The notes below the pieces were generated by a model that worked only from the letters and a program-made list of their open reading frames with translations, was not told where the DNA came from and did not search any database. Source: Octopus vulgaris (Eukaryota). Taken from it: a stretch of 64,000 nucleotides of DNA. Of the stretch, positions 36,007 through 51,050 are shown piece by piece (positions within the stretch are counted from its first letter, which is position 1; each line of letters begins with the position of its first letter). The stretch covers positions 46,004,001 to 46,068,000 of the forward strand of contig OX597826.1 in assembly GCA_951406725.2 (NCBI GenBank), read 5' to 3'. Position numbers and translations under genes: made by a program.

Positions 36007-38083
36007 GATTAGACGATTTTACTGAAACTGCTAAGCCAGAGGGCTGCACCAGACACCAGTCTGATTTGGCTTGGTTTCGCCTGGATGGCCTTCCTAACGC
36101 CAGCCACTCCACGAGTGTAATGGGTGCGCTTTAACGTGCTACCAGCACGGGTGCTTTTAATGCCACATGTGTATGCATAGGTACGTGTGTGTCAGTATTT
36201 GTGTCTCTTAGTCTTGGCATCACATAATGGTTATAAAACAAGTGTCACCATTCCTCATTTCTAGTCTTCTGTGAAAAGATGTCCAGTCAGAAGGAAATAC
36301 TACCTGGTTTGTAAACAGGAGAAGGTTGGAAACAGGAAGAAAATCTGGCCATAGGAAACCTCAATTCATAGAGGTTGATTGATTCCTGTCACCAGCTCCA
36401 ACTTGTTTCCAGTTTCCCATAATCATTTCTTTACTACCCACAAGGGGCTAAACACAGAGGGGACAAACAAGGACAGATATCGACCCCAGTGTGTAACTGG
36501 TACTTAATTTATCGACCCCGAAAGGATGAAAGGCAAAGTCGACCTCGGTGGAATTTGAACTCAGAATGTAACAGCAGACGAAATACGGCTACGCATTTCG
36601 CCCAGCGTGCTAACGTTTCTGCCAGCTCGCCACCATAATGTGACATATAAAGGACACAGCTTGTATGATAGTGATACTCATTTACAATGATCATGCGAAG
36701 TCAAGACAAGGGAGACAAGACGGCAACACATATATATATACACCAGAGGCGACTCCAGGTCATCAGTGGCACTCGGGTTCATCACAGATTTCATCACTTT
36801 GGCTCCTCACAGATTTTGCCTAAGACATGCCTGCTTGAAGAATTTCACATTTTTCCGCAATATTTCTAGCCCAAACAGCTTATCTTTAATATCTAGCACT
36901 ATGTCTTTCTCCATTTCTAAGTTAAGGGTAAAAATAAAGCAACCCTGCAAAACACAACTGACCTTTACACACAGATGCACAAAATAACAGCTATGACAAT
37001 GGAGTACACAGCAAACATCAACGCTGTGATTGTTACCTGTGCTCTTGACAATAGATGCCAGTTAGTCTCTTACACCTACCAGGCTCGTTCGTATTAGCCC
37101 GAGTACCTGGATAATTGTTTGTTCCTTTAAGAATATTGTAGAACAGAAACTTTTCATAGATTGGAATTTAAATTCTAATCTCTACAGAAATTTATTGTTT
37201 TAAGAAAACATTGAATTTGAATTACTTTTAATTTTTACAATTATAGACAACAACTCGGGCTGTAACTTCTGAGCCAAAGTAAGGCATGTGTGAATGATGT
37301 CGAAAGAACATCTGCTACGAATGATATTTTTTTGACACAGGGCACCTCTAAGATAACTGTTAGATGCTGAATGAAAAGAAATGAACTGTGACCAGGCTCA
37401 ATAAAAGGAGCCTGAGTTATTGGCTGCCATTTCAAACTTGAAGTCAGTGTTAGTAGAAATTAAATCAGCTTGCATATACCTGTGCACTTCACTAAATTTA
37501 TACTTAGGCTAAGCCCGAACAGCCCAAGTGCTGGAGTCACCACTGATATACACACTCATATGTAGACAGACTTATCTGTATATATTTATGTTATCAATGT
37601 GTCTTTTTTTTTTTTCAGTTCTGATTATTAAATCTCTCACAAGACCTTGGTTGGTCAGGGGCTGGGTGAGGGATACAATAGAAGATATGTGCCATGGTGC
37701 CATACAGTGGGACTGAAACTGCAACCACATGGTAGGGAAACAAACATATCAAGCAAGATAATCAGGGTAGTGATACAGGGATCATCATCATCATCATCAC
37801 CACCATTGCTTCAACAGCTACCACCACAATCACCACTAACAATACTACTAGGGTAATCAACACTACCACTATTGCCAGGAAGCCACCATTTCCACCACCG
37901 CATCCATTATCATCATCATCTTACACCTTACATCCAATTTATGTTTATCAGTTGCTAAGTTGATTAGTATGACTAACCCCTACAAGGCTGTTGTCCAATG
38001 ACTGCAACAAATAAAAGACAAAAAAAAACAACAACAAAGAATAAGAATAACAAAGACAAAAACAAAACAAATTTGCTACTTAC

Positions 38084-38244
38084 GATCCCATTTTATATTC
38101 TCCAGGACCTCCTGGCCATGATCGAACATATCTGGGGTCAGCCATTAAGGTAACTGGTTTTATACCTGTTGGAAAATAGGGTCCAACAGGAGAAGCAATG
38201 ACAAATAATAAGGCTCTGTTGGGTGGGCTCACACCTAAAGTTGG
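38084..38244 (-). CDS. BCAT: Branched-chain amino acid aminotransferase exon with the PLP-binding lysine
   Basis: Minus strand tctttgcag|CCA...GGATC|gtaagt; 161 nt, phase 0/2. [24 protein letters not shown]...[15 protein letters not shown](S). Confidence 0.96.
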
Positions 38245-38498
38245 CTGCAAAGAAAAAGAAAAAAAAAACCCAGTTAGAAATATATTTAGAAATTTGACCA
38301 AGAATGTAAAATGGTTATGAATCCTGCAGCATTTAAACCAGCTATCTCGATCCGATATTCTACATGTTTTATGTTCAAACTAGCCAGCTTCAGCTTCTCA
38401 CACCTACCCTACAATGTCATCCTAAAAACATAACCACATAATCGAAATGTCAAAGCTGTGAGATAATGCATGATACATTAAAAACAATGGAAGTAAAT

Positions 38499-38660
38499 TA
38501 CTGTATTTTAATGTCTATAAGCCCACTAAATTTTGGGGCTTAAAATTTGGAAAACAGGTTTTGTAAGGGATTATAATACTATCCATGTATAAGAAACTCC
38601 CATAATTTTTTAACCTAAATTTTGACAAAAAGGGTTCCTTATACACATTAAAATATGGTA
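38499..38660. mobile_element. Tc1/pogo-type MITE
   Basis: TACTGTATTTTAATGTCTATAAG / CTTATACACATTAAAATATGGTA, 23-nt inverted termini with 3 mismatches, TA at both ends. Confidence 0.7.
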
Positions 38661-39023
38661 ACTTTTAGCACATTATTTTTTCTCCAGAATTGTTTCCCTT
38701 GCCAGTGCCCCCACAGCTACAGGGGAGGCAACTCATGCCACAACATAATGTACCTACAGTGTGTTAAAGGTTAACATTATATTCGACAGAGTAATCTGAA
38801 TCTTCAACTCATGGCACTGTTGATGGTCATTGTAGTTTAATTTTTACCAAAGGTTATTGATCTCCCTTGTATTATCTGCATTCACTATTGCCACAAGCAT
38901 GGCCTTGTGGTTAAGAATTTATTCCTTGGTCGAATGGTTTTCAATACAGTCTCACTGTTTACTAATTTGGGTAATATATATGTGTAGGTGTTGTTTGTGT
39001 CTCTTTTCCTTGTTATTGTGTGA

Positions 39024-39430
39024 TATAGGTTGCTCTGAAAATAATGGCGGATTTCAGAAACATAATTTTACTCTGGAAAATTTCACAATAGAAATGTTTT
39101 GATTAGTCAAAGTATGAGCTGCGAACATCTATGCATCTCTGCCATCGATCAACGAGATTATTTATGCCTCATTGATAAAAACTTATTGGCTTTGATGCTA
39201 AGATATCTTTGAAAGCTGATCCTACCTCTGGTTTGGAGTTTTAATCACTTAAAAACATGTTTAAATGCTTTAAAAAATGGTAGTCAGTGGGTGGAAGATC
39301 AGGAGAATATGGAGGATGTAGTAAAGTATCGCATTCCAAGTCTGTTTCTGCAGCGTCATTCTTGCAACATGTGGCTTTGCATTATTGTGGAGCAGAAGTG
39401 GACCACACCGATTCCATAAAGCCTGTGTGA
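39024..39430 (-). mobile_element. Mariner transposase 3' fragment
   Basis: Minus-strand LLLHNNAKPHVARMTLQK, then HPPYSPDLPPTDYHFF after a frameshift. TIR-like TATAGGTTGCTCTGAAAATAATGGCGGA at 39024. Confidence 0.75.
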
Positions 39431-39484
39431 GATGAGTGTCAAGAGGGCATACCACAGCACATAAGGATAGTTGAGTGAAAATCT

Positions 39485-39880
39485 GTCAATGATTACCTGA
39501 CAGGAGATGAGGCCTGGAACCATAATTTTGAGTCAGAATCCAAAAAGCAGAGTATGGAGTGGAAACACCGAAAATTGTCAGTAAAAAAGAAATTCAAGAC
39601 TTAACCTTCCACAGAAAAAAATATTCTAACCATTTTTAGGGATGTAAAAGGGCCTATACTGGAACATTACCAGGAAAAGGGCTCTATAGTCACCAATGTA
39701 GGCTACAGTGAAATGCTGGAAAACAAACTGAAAACAACAAATGCCGTGTTCCATTGTCAAAGCAAGTATTATTGTTTGTACAGCAATTCATACCCACATA
39801 TGACCATCCACTCTATTGAAACCATTGAAAAATTGGGATTTGAGTTGCTGTAACATCCTGCATACAGTCCAGACCTCACT
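39485..39880 (+). mobile_element. Second, different mariner transposase fragment
   Basis: TGDEAWNHNFESESKKQSMEWKH...KKKFKT...GPILEHYQEKG...HPAYSPDL across frameshifts and stops. Confidence 0.75.
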
Positions 39881-40158
39881 TTTCCATGCTTGCATGGATT
39901 TGAAAGGACTTTTGGAGAGCCTTACGACTGGATACCCTTATGGACAGCAACCCTTTCAATCTGGACACATAGGGATATGGTGTGCATGTTCTAAAAACTG
40001 GGATCAATACAAAAATGCATATTTTGATTGATTGTTTATGGTGATATTGTTTTAGACAACAGGGTTCTTATGGGGTTCTGAAAGACATGTAGAAGTTGCC
40101 ATATTCCATGACTATAAAAGTGGAAATCAAAGTGCAAGTATGCTAAAATTATCACCAC

Positions 40159-40198
<40 letters not shown>

Positions 40199-40501
40199 GG
40201 TGGCGATGCCATCAAAGTGACACTGGGGTAAATATAAAGCCCAGTGTACCTATCATGACTACCCGTCTGATAAGGATACACCAGGCACATGCATATCATC
40301 ATTATTATTATTATCATTATTATTATTATCATTATTATTATTATTATTAAGGCAGTGAGTTGGCAGAATCATTTGCAAGTTGGGCGAAATGCTTAGCAGT
40401 ATTTCATCTTTTTCTTTTGTTTCTATCTTTTTTTTTAGATAAGTAATTATGTACATTATTTACATTTGAGGGATATCTATCCTCATCTTGTTTGTTGTTA
40501 G

Positions 40502-40544
40502 CACAACGTTTCGGCTGATATACCATCCAGTCTTCATCAGATGT
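40502..40544 (-). ncRNA. Minimal hammerhead motif (slightly decayed)
   Basis: Minus strand: acat-CTGATGA-a-gactgg/atggtata/tcagcc-GAAA-cg-TT-gtg; one mismatch in each of stems I and II. Confidence 0.65.
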
Positions 40545-42567
40545 CTTGGGGAAATTTCGAACCTGAGTACTCGTTCCTAAGTATAGTATTTTTCAATTTT
40601 ATTATTATTATTATTATTATTATTCAGCTCACTGGGCAGCATTTTGTTTGTCTTTACGTTCTGAGTTCAAATTCCATCTAAGTCAACTTTGCTTTTTGGA
40701 GTTGATGAAATAAGTACTGGTTGAACACTAGGGTCGATGTAATTGACTTACCCCCCCTCCTTCCAAACCTGTTGGCCTTCAGCCAAAATTTGAAATCTTT
40801 ATCGTTATTACCATGATTGTATTTCACCGGTCACTACGTTCTGAGTTCAAATTCTGCCAAGGTTGACTTTACTCTTCATCCTTTCAGGGTCAATAAAATG
40901 AGTAACAGTTGGACACTGAGGCTGATGAAATCGGCTTATCCCCTCCTTCAAAATTGCTGCCCTTCTGGTAAAATTTGAAACCATTATATTATTATTATTA
41001 TGATTTAGGTGGTGGGCTAACAAAATCGTTAACAAGACGGCGAGCTGGCAGAAATGTTAGCACGCTGGGCGAAATACTTAGCAGTATTTTGTCTGCCGTT
41101 ACGTTCTGAGTTCAAATTCTGAGGAGGTCGACTTTGCCTTTCATCCTTTCAGGATCGATAAATTAAGTACCAGTTACGCACTGGGGTCGATGTAATCAAC
41201 TTAATCCATTTCTCTGTCCTTGTTTGGGCTAACAAAATCGTTAGCAAGGCGGCGAGCTGGCAGAAATGTTAGCACGCTGGGCGAAATACTTAGCAGTATT
41301 TTGTCTGCCGTTACTTTCTGAGTTCAAATTCCGCCAAGGTCGAAATTAAGTACCGGTTACGCACTGGGGTCGATGTAATCAACTTAATCCCTTTCTCTGT
41401 CCTTGTTTGTCCTCTCTATGTTTAGCACCTTGTGGACAATAAAGAAATAAGAATCGTTAACATGCCAAGCATAATGTTAGCAGCATTTAGTCTATCTCTA
41501 CGTTCTGAGTTCAAATTTTACTGAGGTTGACTTTGCCTTTTATCCTTTCGGAGTCGAAAGATTAGTCAATAACTGGGGTTGATGAAATCCACTTTCCCCT
41601 CCCCACAAAATTTCAGTTCTTGTGCCTATAGTAGAAAGGGTTATTATTATCATCACTATTATTATGATTGCTGTTGTTCTTGTTGTCGTTATGGCAGGGC
41701 TGTTTGACAGGGGCTCCTCTGGGAGTTCACTGTCTTTTGTTTACACGCACTTGTTAAGGAACAATCTCAACCCGAAAAACAAACAAGCCAGACAAACTAA
41801 CTGGTTCTCCACTGAAACTAGTGGTGTAGTACCAAACAGACTGGTAACATAATCCCTTGGAGACTTATATAGGCTGGTGCACAATATGATCAGAGGCTTT
41901 TGTTCAGGACAGGTACAAAGAAGGTGGGAGGATGGGGTAGGTGTCAAACAAAATAACTAAAACAGAACCAGGCCCCTCACATACACACCAGACAGAATGT
42001 TTCTTTAAAAAATTGTCAAAACAAACCAAAAAAAAAAAAAAAATTTGAAGTTATAATACATGGATTGTGTCAATTAATTCCTTTCAGATTAAAAGAACAA
42101 AAAAGTAAGAAAAAACTAACTAAATTTTTAAAAAAATTAACAGCAAAAAATGCAAACATGCAAGTATGGTGGTGCTAAGAAGAAGAAGAATGAGATCTTT
42201 AGAAGATACCAAAAAAAAAAAAATTTGATAGCATCCTTCTTTCTTTAGGTTGGATCTTTGATAAGCAAAAATGAACTGAGATAAGCGGTGGATGTTTAAA
42301 AGAGAATTAACTTGTAACTCTTGGTAAAATAAATGAAATGAAGACATGAAGCTAGATTTGAAGAAATTTATCTCAAAGTAGAGAGGAAGGATGGTGGTGG
42401 AAGAAACTGACAAAACAGGAAAGAGGAGGGAAAGAGAGACAAGAGAGGAGAGAGAGAGAGAGAGAGAATGAAAGTACACAGACAGAGGAGAACCAAAGCC
42501 TCAACAGAACCTGATCTAATAAAACTCTGATACAAGGAATGGAGAGAGAGAGAGGGGGGGGTGACAA

Positions 42568-42654
42568 GGAAGGAAGGAAGGAAGGAAAGCTGGATGGATA
42601 GATAGATAGATGGATAGACAGAAAGCAGATAAATGGATAGATAGACAGATAGAG

Positions 42655-42711
<57 letters not shown>

Positions 42712-42712
42712 G

Positions 42713-42788
<76 letters not shown>

Positions 42789-42791
42789 AAT

Positions 42792-42824
<33 letters not shown>

Positions 42825-42864
42825 GAGATATGGATGGATGGATGGATGGATGGATGGATGGATG

Positions 42865-42922
<58 letters not shown>

Positions 42923-43155
42923 TATATAGATGGATGGATGGATAGATAGATAGATAGATAGATAGACAGATAGATAGACAGACAGACAGACAGATAGATA
43001 GACAGATAGATAGACAGACAGACAGACAGGCAGGCAGATAGATAGATATAGATAGATATAGATAATTTGGTTGAAAGTTAGACAGATGGATATATATGTA
43101 GAAAGATAAATATAGAGATAGACAGAGAGAGAGAGAGAGAAAGAGAGAGAAAGAG
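42568..43155. repeat. Compound tetranucleotide microsatellite (GAAG/GATA/GACA/GATG/GA)
   Basis: Direct reading. Confidence 0.95.
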
Positions 43156-43389
43156 AGAGGGGTGGGCAGGAAAAGAGAGTGAGAGACTATGTGTATGTTG
43201 TGGAAAATAATGGAGACATTTCTGGTGTTGTTGTTGTTGCTGTTGTTTTTGGTTGTGTGCCACCCAGCAAGATGGTGATAATGGGAAACAATGGGGCTTG
43301 ATAGATAGATAAAACAGGGAACTCTAGAAGGGACTGTGTTTGCTCCATGGCTGAATGTAGTGTGTACTGATACTTCTGGTTGAAAGACG

Positions 43390-44330
<941 letters not shown>

Positions 44331-45030
44331 GCAGACACATTACGGCTGTGTGTATGCATGTAAATGCATGTAAAGGTGTGTATGTAGTGTGTAATGTGCG
44401 CGAGTAACTGTGGAGGCGGAAACTTCTGTATACACAGGTGAGGTGTGAGTAACCAGCAACAGAAATAGAAAGAAGCGTGTGAGTGTGTGAAAGAGAAAGC
44501 GAGGGGGGGGTATATGTCCAAGACTATATGTAAGAAATGAGTCGACGGTGGGGGGTGGGGTATGACAGATAGAAATGACACCACTTGCAGAGGAAGAGGT
44601 AAGACATGTCAAGCTGAGAGAGAGAGAGAGAGAATCCCCAAGTCTTTGAAGTCACAGTCAGTTTTCTCAAACAAAAGTAAATAGATTTAAATAAATAGAA
44701 AGAAGGATCTCAGAATCAGAGTGCAGGGAGTGGAGTGGCTTGGTCTAGTTTGATTCTCTAAGATAACGACAACTCCTCCCAGCCACTTCTTCCCTATCTC
44801 TCCTGAATGCCTGGGGATAATATATATATATATATATATGCATACATACGCAGAGAAAGAGAATGGGTATCTCTGTCTTTGACTCACTGCCATACCCTGT
44901 AATGTGGAAGCATCTATTAAAATGCCATCTCTTTTGTTATTCCTAGAATAAACAAAAGCATCAAGAATTGCGAGGGGGAAACAGTTAATTTCACTGTTAT
45001 GGTTTAAAATACACAACTGCTGTACATTTT

Positions 45031-45073
<43 letters not shown>

Positions 45074-46429
45074 AATATAAATAAAAGTATATCATATATA
45101 TATAAGTTCAGCAAAAATTTAGATTCAAATGAATATGGTACTTAATTTAGATGTACCAGAATCTTGTATGGTGTTATCCATAAAAATCCGTGGGGTGATT
45201 ATAATCAGAATAAGCAACAAGAATGACTCCGGTGTGCGTATATATATATATACACGCATGCACACACACACATGTACATATAGACATCTACATACATATG
45301 TACATATATCTATAAATATGTAAGTGTGTGTGTGTGTACGTTTATCTCATGACTTGAGTTTCACATCAGTGCAATCTTCAGGTGAGTGTATTTGGCTTCA
45401 ACATGTGTACTGAGCACTGCTTTTTCCGTTCAACAAAATTCAATAGTTGTTGTATTCTCCTTCTCCTCATTATCATCATCTTGTTTTAATTTCCACTTTC
45501 CTATGCTTGCAAATGAGCCAAACGGAATTTCTTGAGGCAGGTTTACTATGGGCAGACGCCCTTCATGTCACCAGCCCTTACCTGTTTCCATGCAAGATAA
45601 TACTAACTCAAGGCTCTGACATGTCTCCACAGAAGACTGGAATTGAATGGTACTGCTTGCATAATGGTGGTACCTGTTCACAACTATCATAATGTCAAGA
45701 CAAGGCACAAACATGCATACCCTTCCACACACACACACATGTATGCATATACATACACACACACACATGATGACTTCGTTCAGTTTCTGTTGACCAAATC
45801 CTGTCACAAGGCTCTGACTGGTCCAGGGCTAAAGTAGAAGAAACTTGCCTGATGTGCCACACAGCAACATTGGATCTGAAACCACATGGCTGGGAAGTAA
45901 ATATCTTAACCACTCCACCAACAACTAAGAAGTATATATGCTTTCACTAAGGAAGTCTAAAAACGGTTGAAGAATGACCATTGCTTTCACTAACTAGCTT
46001 TTATGATGAGATCCACACACAGATGTTTGCTAAAAAAGATTTCAATTATTATAGCTGATTGGAGTTATTTCCCTTGTTTTGCCGTTTTAAACTGAAAATA
46101 CACTATTCTAGCATAGACATAACATAGTAACATAGTCACACAAATACACACTGACACAGGCATACATATACATTATCATACCTGCAGAGTGGTTGGTGTT
46201 AGGAAAGGCATCCAGTTATAAAACCATGTCAAAAGCATGGCTAGGCTCTCGACTGGCCAGTTCCTGACAAACTGTCCAACCCATGCTAGCAAGGAAGGAG
46301 GACATATGAGGATGATGATGATGATGATGATGATGACGACACACGCTATGGCCATAGGTTGCATATTTGATATACTTGTTAATTTTGGAAGTAACTTTAA
46401 AGCCAAGTACAGACAATGGTAAAAATTAA

Positions 46430-46972
46430 GTACATGCTACATGAGAGGACTATGGTGGCCCTGTAGTGCCAAAGACACACACAATACATATGAAGACTAT
46501 GGTAGCACAATAGTATCAATGCTATGTACACACTACATATGAGGACTACAATAGCCTTGTAGTGTCAAAGTTAAATACCAATACATAAGAGTACTATGGT
46601 AGCCTGATGGTATCAAAGTAAACGCTACATAAAAGGATTATGGTAAACCTGTAGCATCAAAGACAAACATGCACAATACAAGACAACTGTGGTAGGTTTG
46701 TCATGTCAAAGCTAAATACACATTATGCAAAATAACTATGGAAGCCCAGTAGAGTCAAAGTAGTGTAGACACTACCTAACAGCAGTATGGTAGCTTGGTG
46801 GTGCTGGTGCTAATTATACACTACATAAGTGAACTATGGTAGTCCTGCAGAGTCAAAGTTATGTACATGCTATATAAGTGGACTATGTATGGTAGCCCTG
46901 TAGTGTGTAAGCTATATACACACCACATAAGAGGACTATATTAGCCCTATGGTATCAGAGTTATGTAGACAC
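46430..46972. repeat. Degenerate minisatellite, ~49-bp unit, about 11 copies
   Basis: Recurring ACTACATAAGAGGACTATGGTAGCCCTGTAGTGTCAAAG-like unit. Confidence 0.8.
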
Positions 46973-47669
46973 ACCGTAAGTGGAGGTGCATGGCTTAGTG
47001 GTTAGAGTGTTGGACTCATGATCGTAAGATCATGGTTTCGATTCCTGGACTGAGCAATGCATTGTGTTCTTGAGCAAAACACTTCATTTCATGTTGCTCC
47101 AGTCCACTCAGCTGGCAAAAGCGAGTAATCCTGTGATGGACTGGCGTCCCATCCAGGTGGGGAATTTATACACCACAGAAACAGGGAAACCGACCCATAT
47201 GAGTCAGTATGACTCGAGAAGGTAACTTCGCCTTTACCTTTAGACTTTACTACCTGAGAAGACTCTCATGATACCACATGTATTATTGCCAAACTTAAAT
47301 GCTACCAATGATGGGCTAGCAGAATCCTAACAGCATTGCAAAAACGAAAAATAATACAGGGGGAAAAAAAAAATGATCTTGATGTTTAGTTTTGCCGGGA
47401 GTCCAAAACGTGCTGTGGTGAAGCACACTGCTCTTCATTATTCTTAGGTTGATAAAATAAAGTACCAGCAAAGTACCGGGGGGGGGGGGGTAACATTGCT
47501 GCAAAGCATCCAAGATGGAAGTGGAATTAAAAAAAAAAAGACAAAAAGATGTTTGCATATTTGAAGTGCAAGAAAAGCTTCATAAATAAATAAATAAAAA
47601 TATAAATTAAAATTCTTTTCAAATAATTAAAGTATTTTTCAGAAAGATACTAATTTCCATTCCATTTTC

Positions 47670-47707
<38 letters not shown>

Positions 47708-47837
47708 GCATATATAAATACATATATACATATGTGTGCATGTATTCATATACATATATATACATATCTATATATGTATGTATGTATCCATGTATAAGTA
47801 TGTATACACACACACACACACATCTACACATACGTAT

Positions 47838-47896
<59 letters not shown>

Positions 47897-48037
47897 CATA
47901 TGTGTGTGTAACAGAAAAGATAGCAGAAATTAGTATCGTTATAAGAAACTTCAATTATTAACAAAAAAAAATTAATTTAATACTTTTCTTTTTTTTCTCT
48001 TTTACAACTTTACTTAAACACATACACAAAATAATTG

Positions 48038-48075
<38 letters not shown>

Positions 48076-48480
48076 CTGACATAAACATGGTGATACATAC
48101 ACACATACACACTGACATGCACATACAAACATATACACATCCTGACATACATTTCGAGGCACTTAAACCTGCATAAACAGGCAACACACACAAACACACG
48201 CTCACTTCTTTTCTTGATCAGAAGAGGAAAGAGAAAAATCTGTATGCGCATGACTATTAGCATTTAAACGTGTCGATGAGCATATGCATATATATATATA
48301 AGGGTGTATATGTGTACATTTGTATATGTGTGTGTGTGTGTGTGTAAAGGTATGTGCGTGTATATCGGCTGGTGTGCATGTGTGTGCATGAGTATTGTTA
48401 GTAGTGCGTGTGTTTGTTCGTTTTTTTTACTGAAGGATCATGGGACTAGCCATAGGCAAAAGAAAACATAACTACACTAA

Positions 48481-49560
48481 GTGATGACGACGATGGTGAT
48501 GATAATGTTGATGACAATAGTGGTGGTGATGATAGCGGTCGTCATGGTAATGGAGGTGGTGCTGCTGATGACGATGTCAATGATGATGATGATGATGATG
48601 ATAATGACAATAGTGGCAGTGTTTGATAGTAATCATCATGGTGCTGCTGCTGCTGCTGATGATGATGACAACGGTGGTGGTGATGATACTGGTGATGATT
48701 ATGATGACAATGCTGACAATGGAGGTGATGACGATAACAATATTGGTGAATGTGGTAATGGTGGTGACAGTGAAGACTGATGCGGACAATGATGGCGATG
48801 ATGATTACAATGATGATATCAACAGTGACCAGAATGATGATGATGATGATGAAGAGAATCATCCTCATCCTCCTCCTCCTCCTCATCATCATCATTAACA
48901 AATTCACCACCACCACCACCACCACCATAACCATCATCACATCATCATCATCCTGATCATATTATCATCATCATCAACACAAATATCACCATCACCACTG
49001 CCATGACCACCACCACCACTGTCACTACCAGTATTGCCGCCGCTACAAAGACCACCACCACCACCACAACCACTACCACCCACCGCCACCACAACCATCA
49101 TCACCATCACATCATCATCATCCTGATCATATCATCATCATTATCACCACAAATATCACCATCACCACTGCCATGAACACCACTGTCACTACCAGTATTG
49201 CCGCCGCTACAAAGATCACCACCACCACTGCCACCACCGCCACCACAACCATCATCACCATCACATCATTATCATCATCATCCTGATCATATTATCATCA
49301 TCACCATCACCACTGCCATGACCACCACTGTCACTACCAGTATTGCAGCCACCACCACCAACTACGCCACTACCACCACGAGGTTGATGCCACAGCAACA
49401 ACTACAATAAATGCAAAAAAAAAACACAACAATCACAACCACCAGCACCACAACAAATGATGCAACTGTGACGATGACAACGATGATGACCACCACCACT
49501 ACCACCACCATCACAACAACAACAACAACAACAACAAGAGTAGCAGTACTGTTAACAACA
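48481..49560. repeat. Trinucleotide low-complexity block (GAT/GGT then CAT/CAC)
   Basis: Direct reading; includes an internal ~165-170-bp unit present 2-3 times (48925-49350). Confidence 0.9.
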
Positions 49561-49623
49561 TCAATGCCTTTTCACTTTGAACTTCTGTTTTGCTTCTTAT
49601 TTTTCTTTTGAACTAAAAATTAA

Positions 49624-49663
<40 letters not shown>

Positions 49664-50008
49664 ATGTGTTTAGTAGAGCATTGTATGTACGTGTGTGTGT
49701 GTGTAAGCACATATATACATGTACACACAAATATGTGTGTGTGTGTGTATGTATGTGTATGTAAGTACAAATACACATTTAGGGAAGTGTTGTAGTATTA
49801 GTATATATGCAAGTACGTGTTTGTATGTATATATATATACACACGTATAAATATATGCTAATGTATATGCAAATAAGTTTATTAGGATGTGTCATGTGTG
49901 TGCATGTGTATGCCTGTGAGTGTGGGTGAGATAGAGAGAGAAAGAAAGAGCAAGGGAGATAGATAGATAGACAGAGAGATAGACAGATAGAAAGATAGAT
50001 AAAGTGAA

Positions 50009-50041
<33 letters not shown>

Positions 50042-50049
50042 AAGAAAGA

Positions 50050-50083
<34 letters not shown>

Positions 50084-50970
50084 AAGAGAGAGAGAGAGTA
50101 AGAGAGAGAGAGATAGAGAGAGAGAGAGAAACAAAGAAATAAAGAGTGAGAGAATGAACAAGAGAGAGAAAGAGTGCTATATGTTTTGCCGTTCTTCCTC
50201 GCAGGAAGGGAATACCTATCCTCTGGTCAAACATACAACCGACTGCAGTGTAGGATCTGTAGTTCTCAACAGTATAGCTTCGACTGTTTCAGGCGTTGTT
50301 TTTCTGCTGAATAAACAAAAACCTACCGAAGTATGCAGCCGAGTTACCAGAAGCCAAACTCATGGACGTACGAACATGCTCGCTCACAAACTGACAGCAA
50401 GAATATCATCTGTCTCAAAAGAGGTTCGGTAGGTCAAAGAGAAAACACAGAAGATCATAGAAAGAAAACTCTTGCTTGCTTGCTTGTGTGCTAGGAGCTA
50501 TGCTAAAACAACAGCAGCAGCAGTAGCAGCAAGTAGAAGAAGATGAAGAAGATGAAGAAGAAGAAGTGTCTAAAAATATAGATTCATCCTATCACAGCAA
50601 GAAATATTGAAAACATTTTTCTTATGAAACATTGTTGTTTGTATGGTAACAATAACAACAACAACAACAAGTGGTGACTGGTGACCTTTATGCTTAGGGA
50701 ACAACTACAACAACAACAACAAAAAAATCAACAACAACAGTGACAATAATCCTTTCTGCTATAGGCACAAGGCCTGAAATTTTGGAAGTGGGTGGTGGTT
50801 AAGTCGATTACATCAACCCCAGTACACAACTGGTACTTAATTTATCAACCCCGAAAGAATGAAAGGTAAAGTTGACCTCAGCAGAATTTGAACTCAGAAC
50901 GTTACGACAGGCAAAATACTGCAAGGCATTTCACCCAGCAATATAATGATTCTGCCAGCTTGCCACCTTA

Positions 50971-51050
<80 letters not shown>

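Noticed and set aside
46430-46972. CRISPR-like periodicity
   Set aside because: Eukaryotic intron, whole units are homologous (no unique spacers) and no cas genes.
50321-50434. 10-bp inverted repeat ACCTACCGAA / TTCGGTAGGT as a possible pre-miRNA
   Set aside because: Pairing does not extend, the loop is about 94 nt, and such a match is expected by chance in 64 kb.
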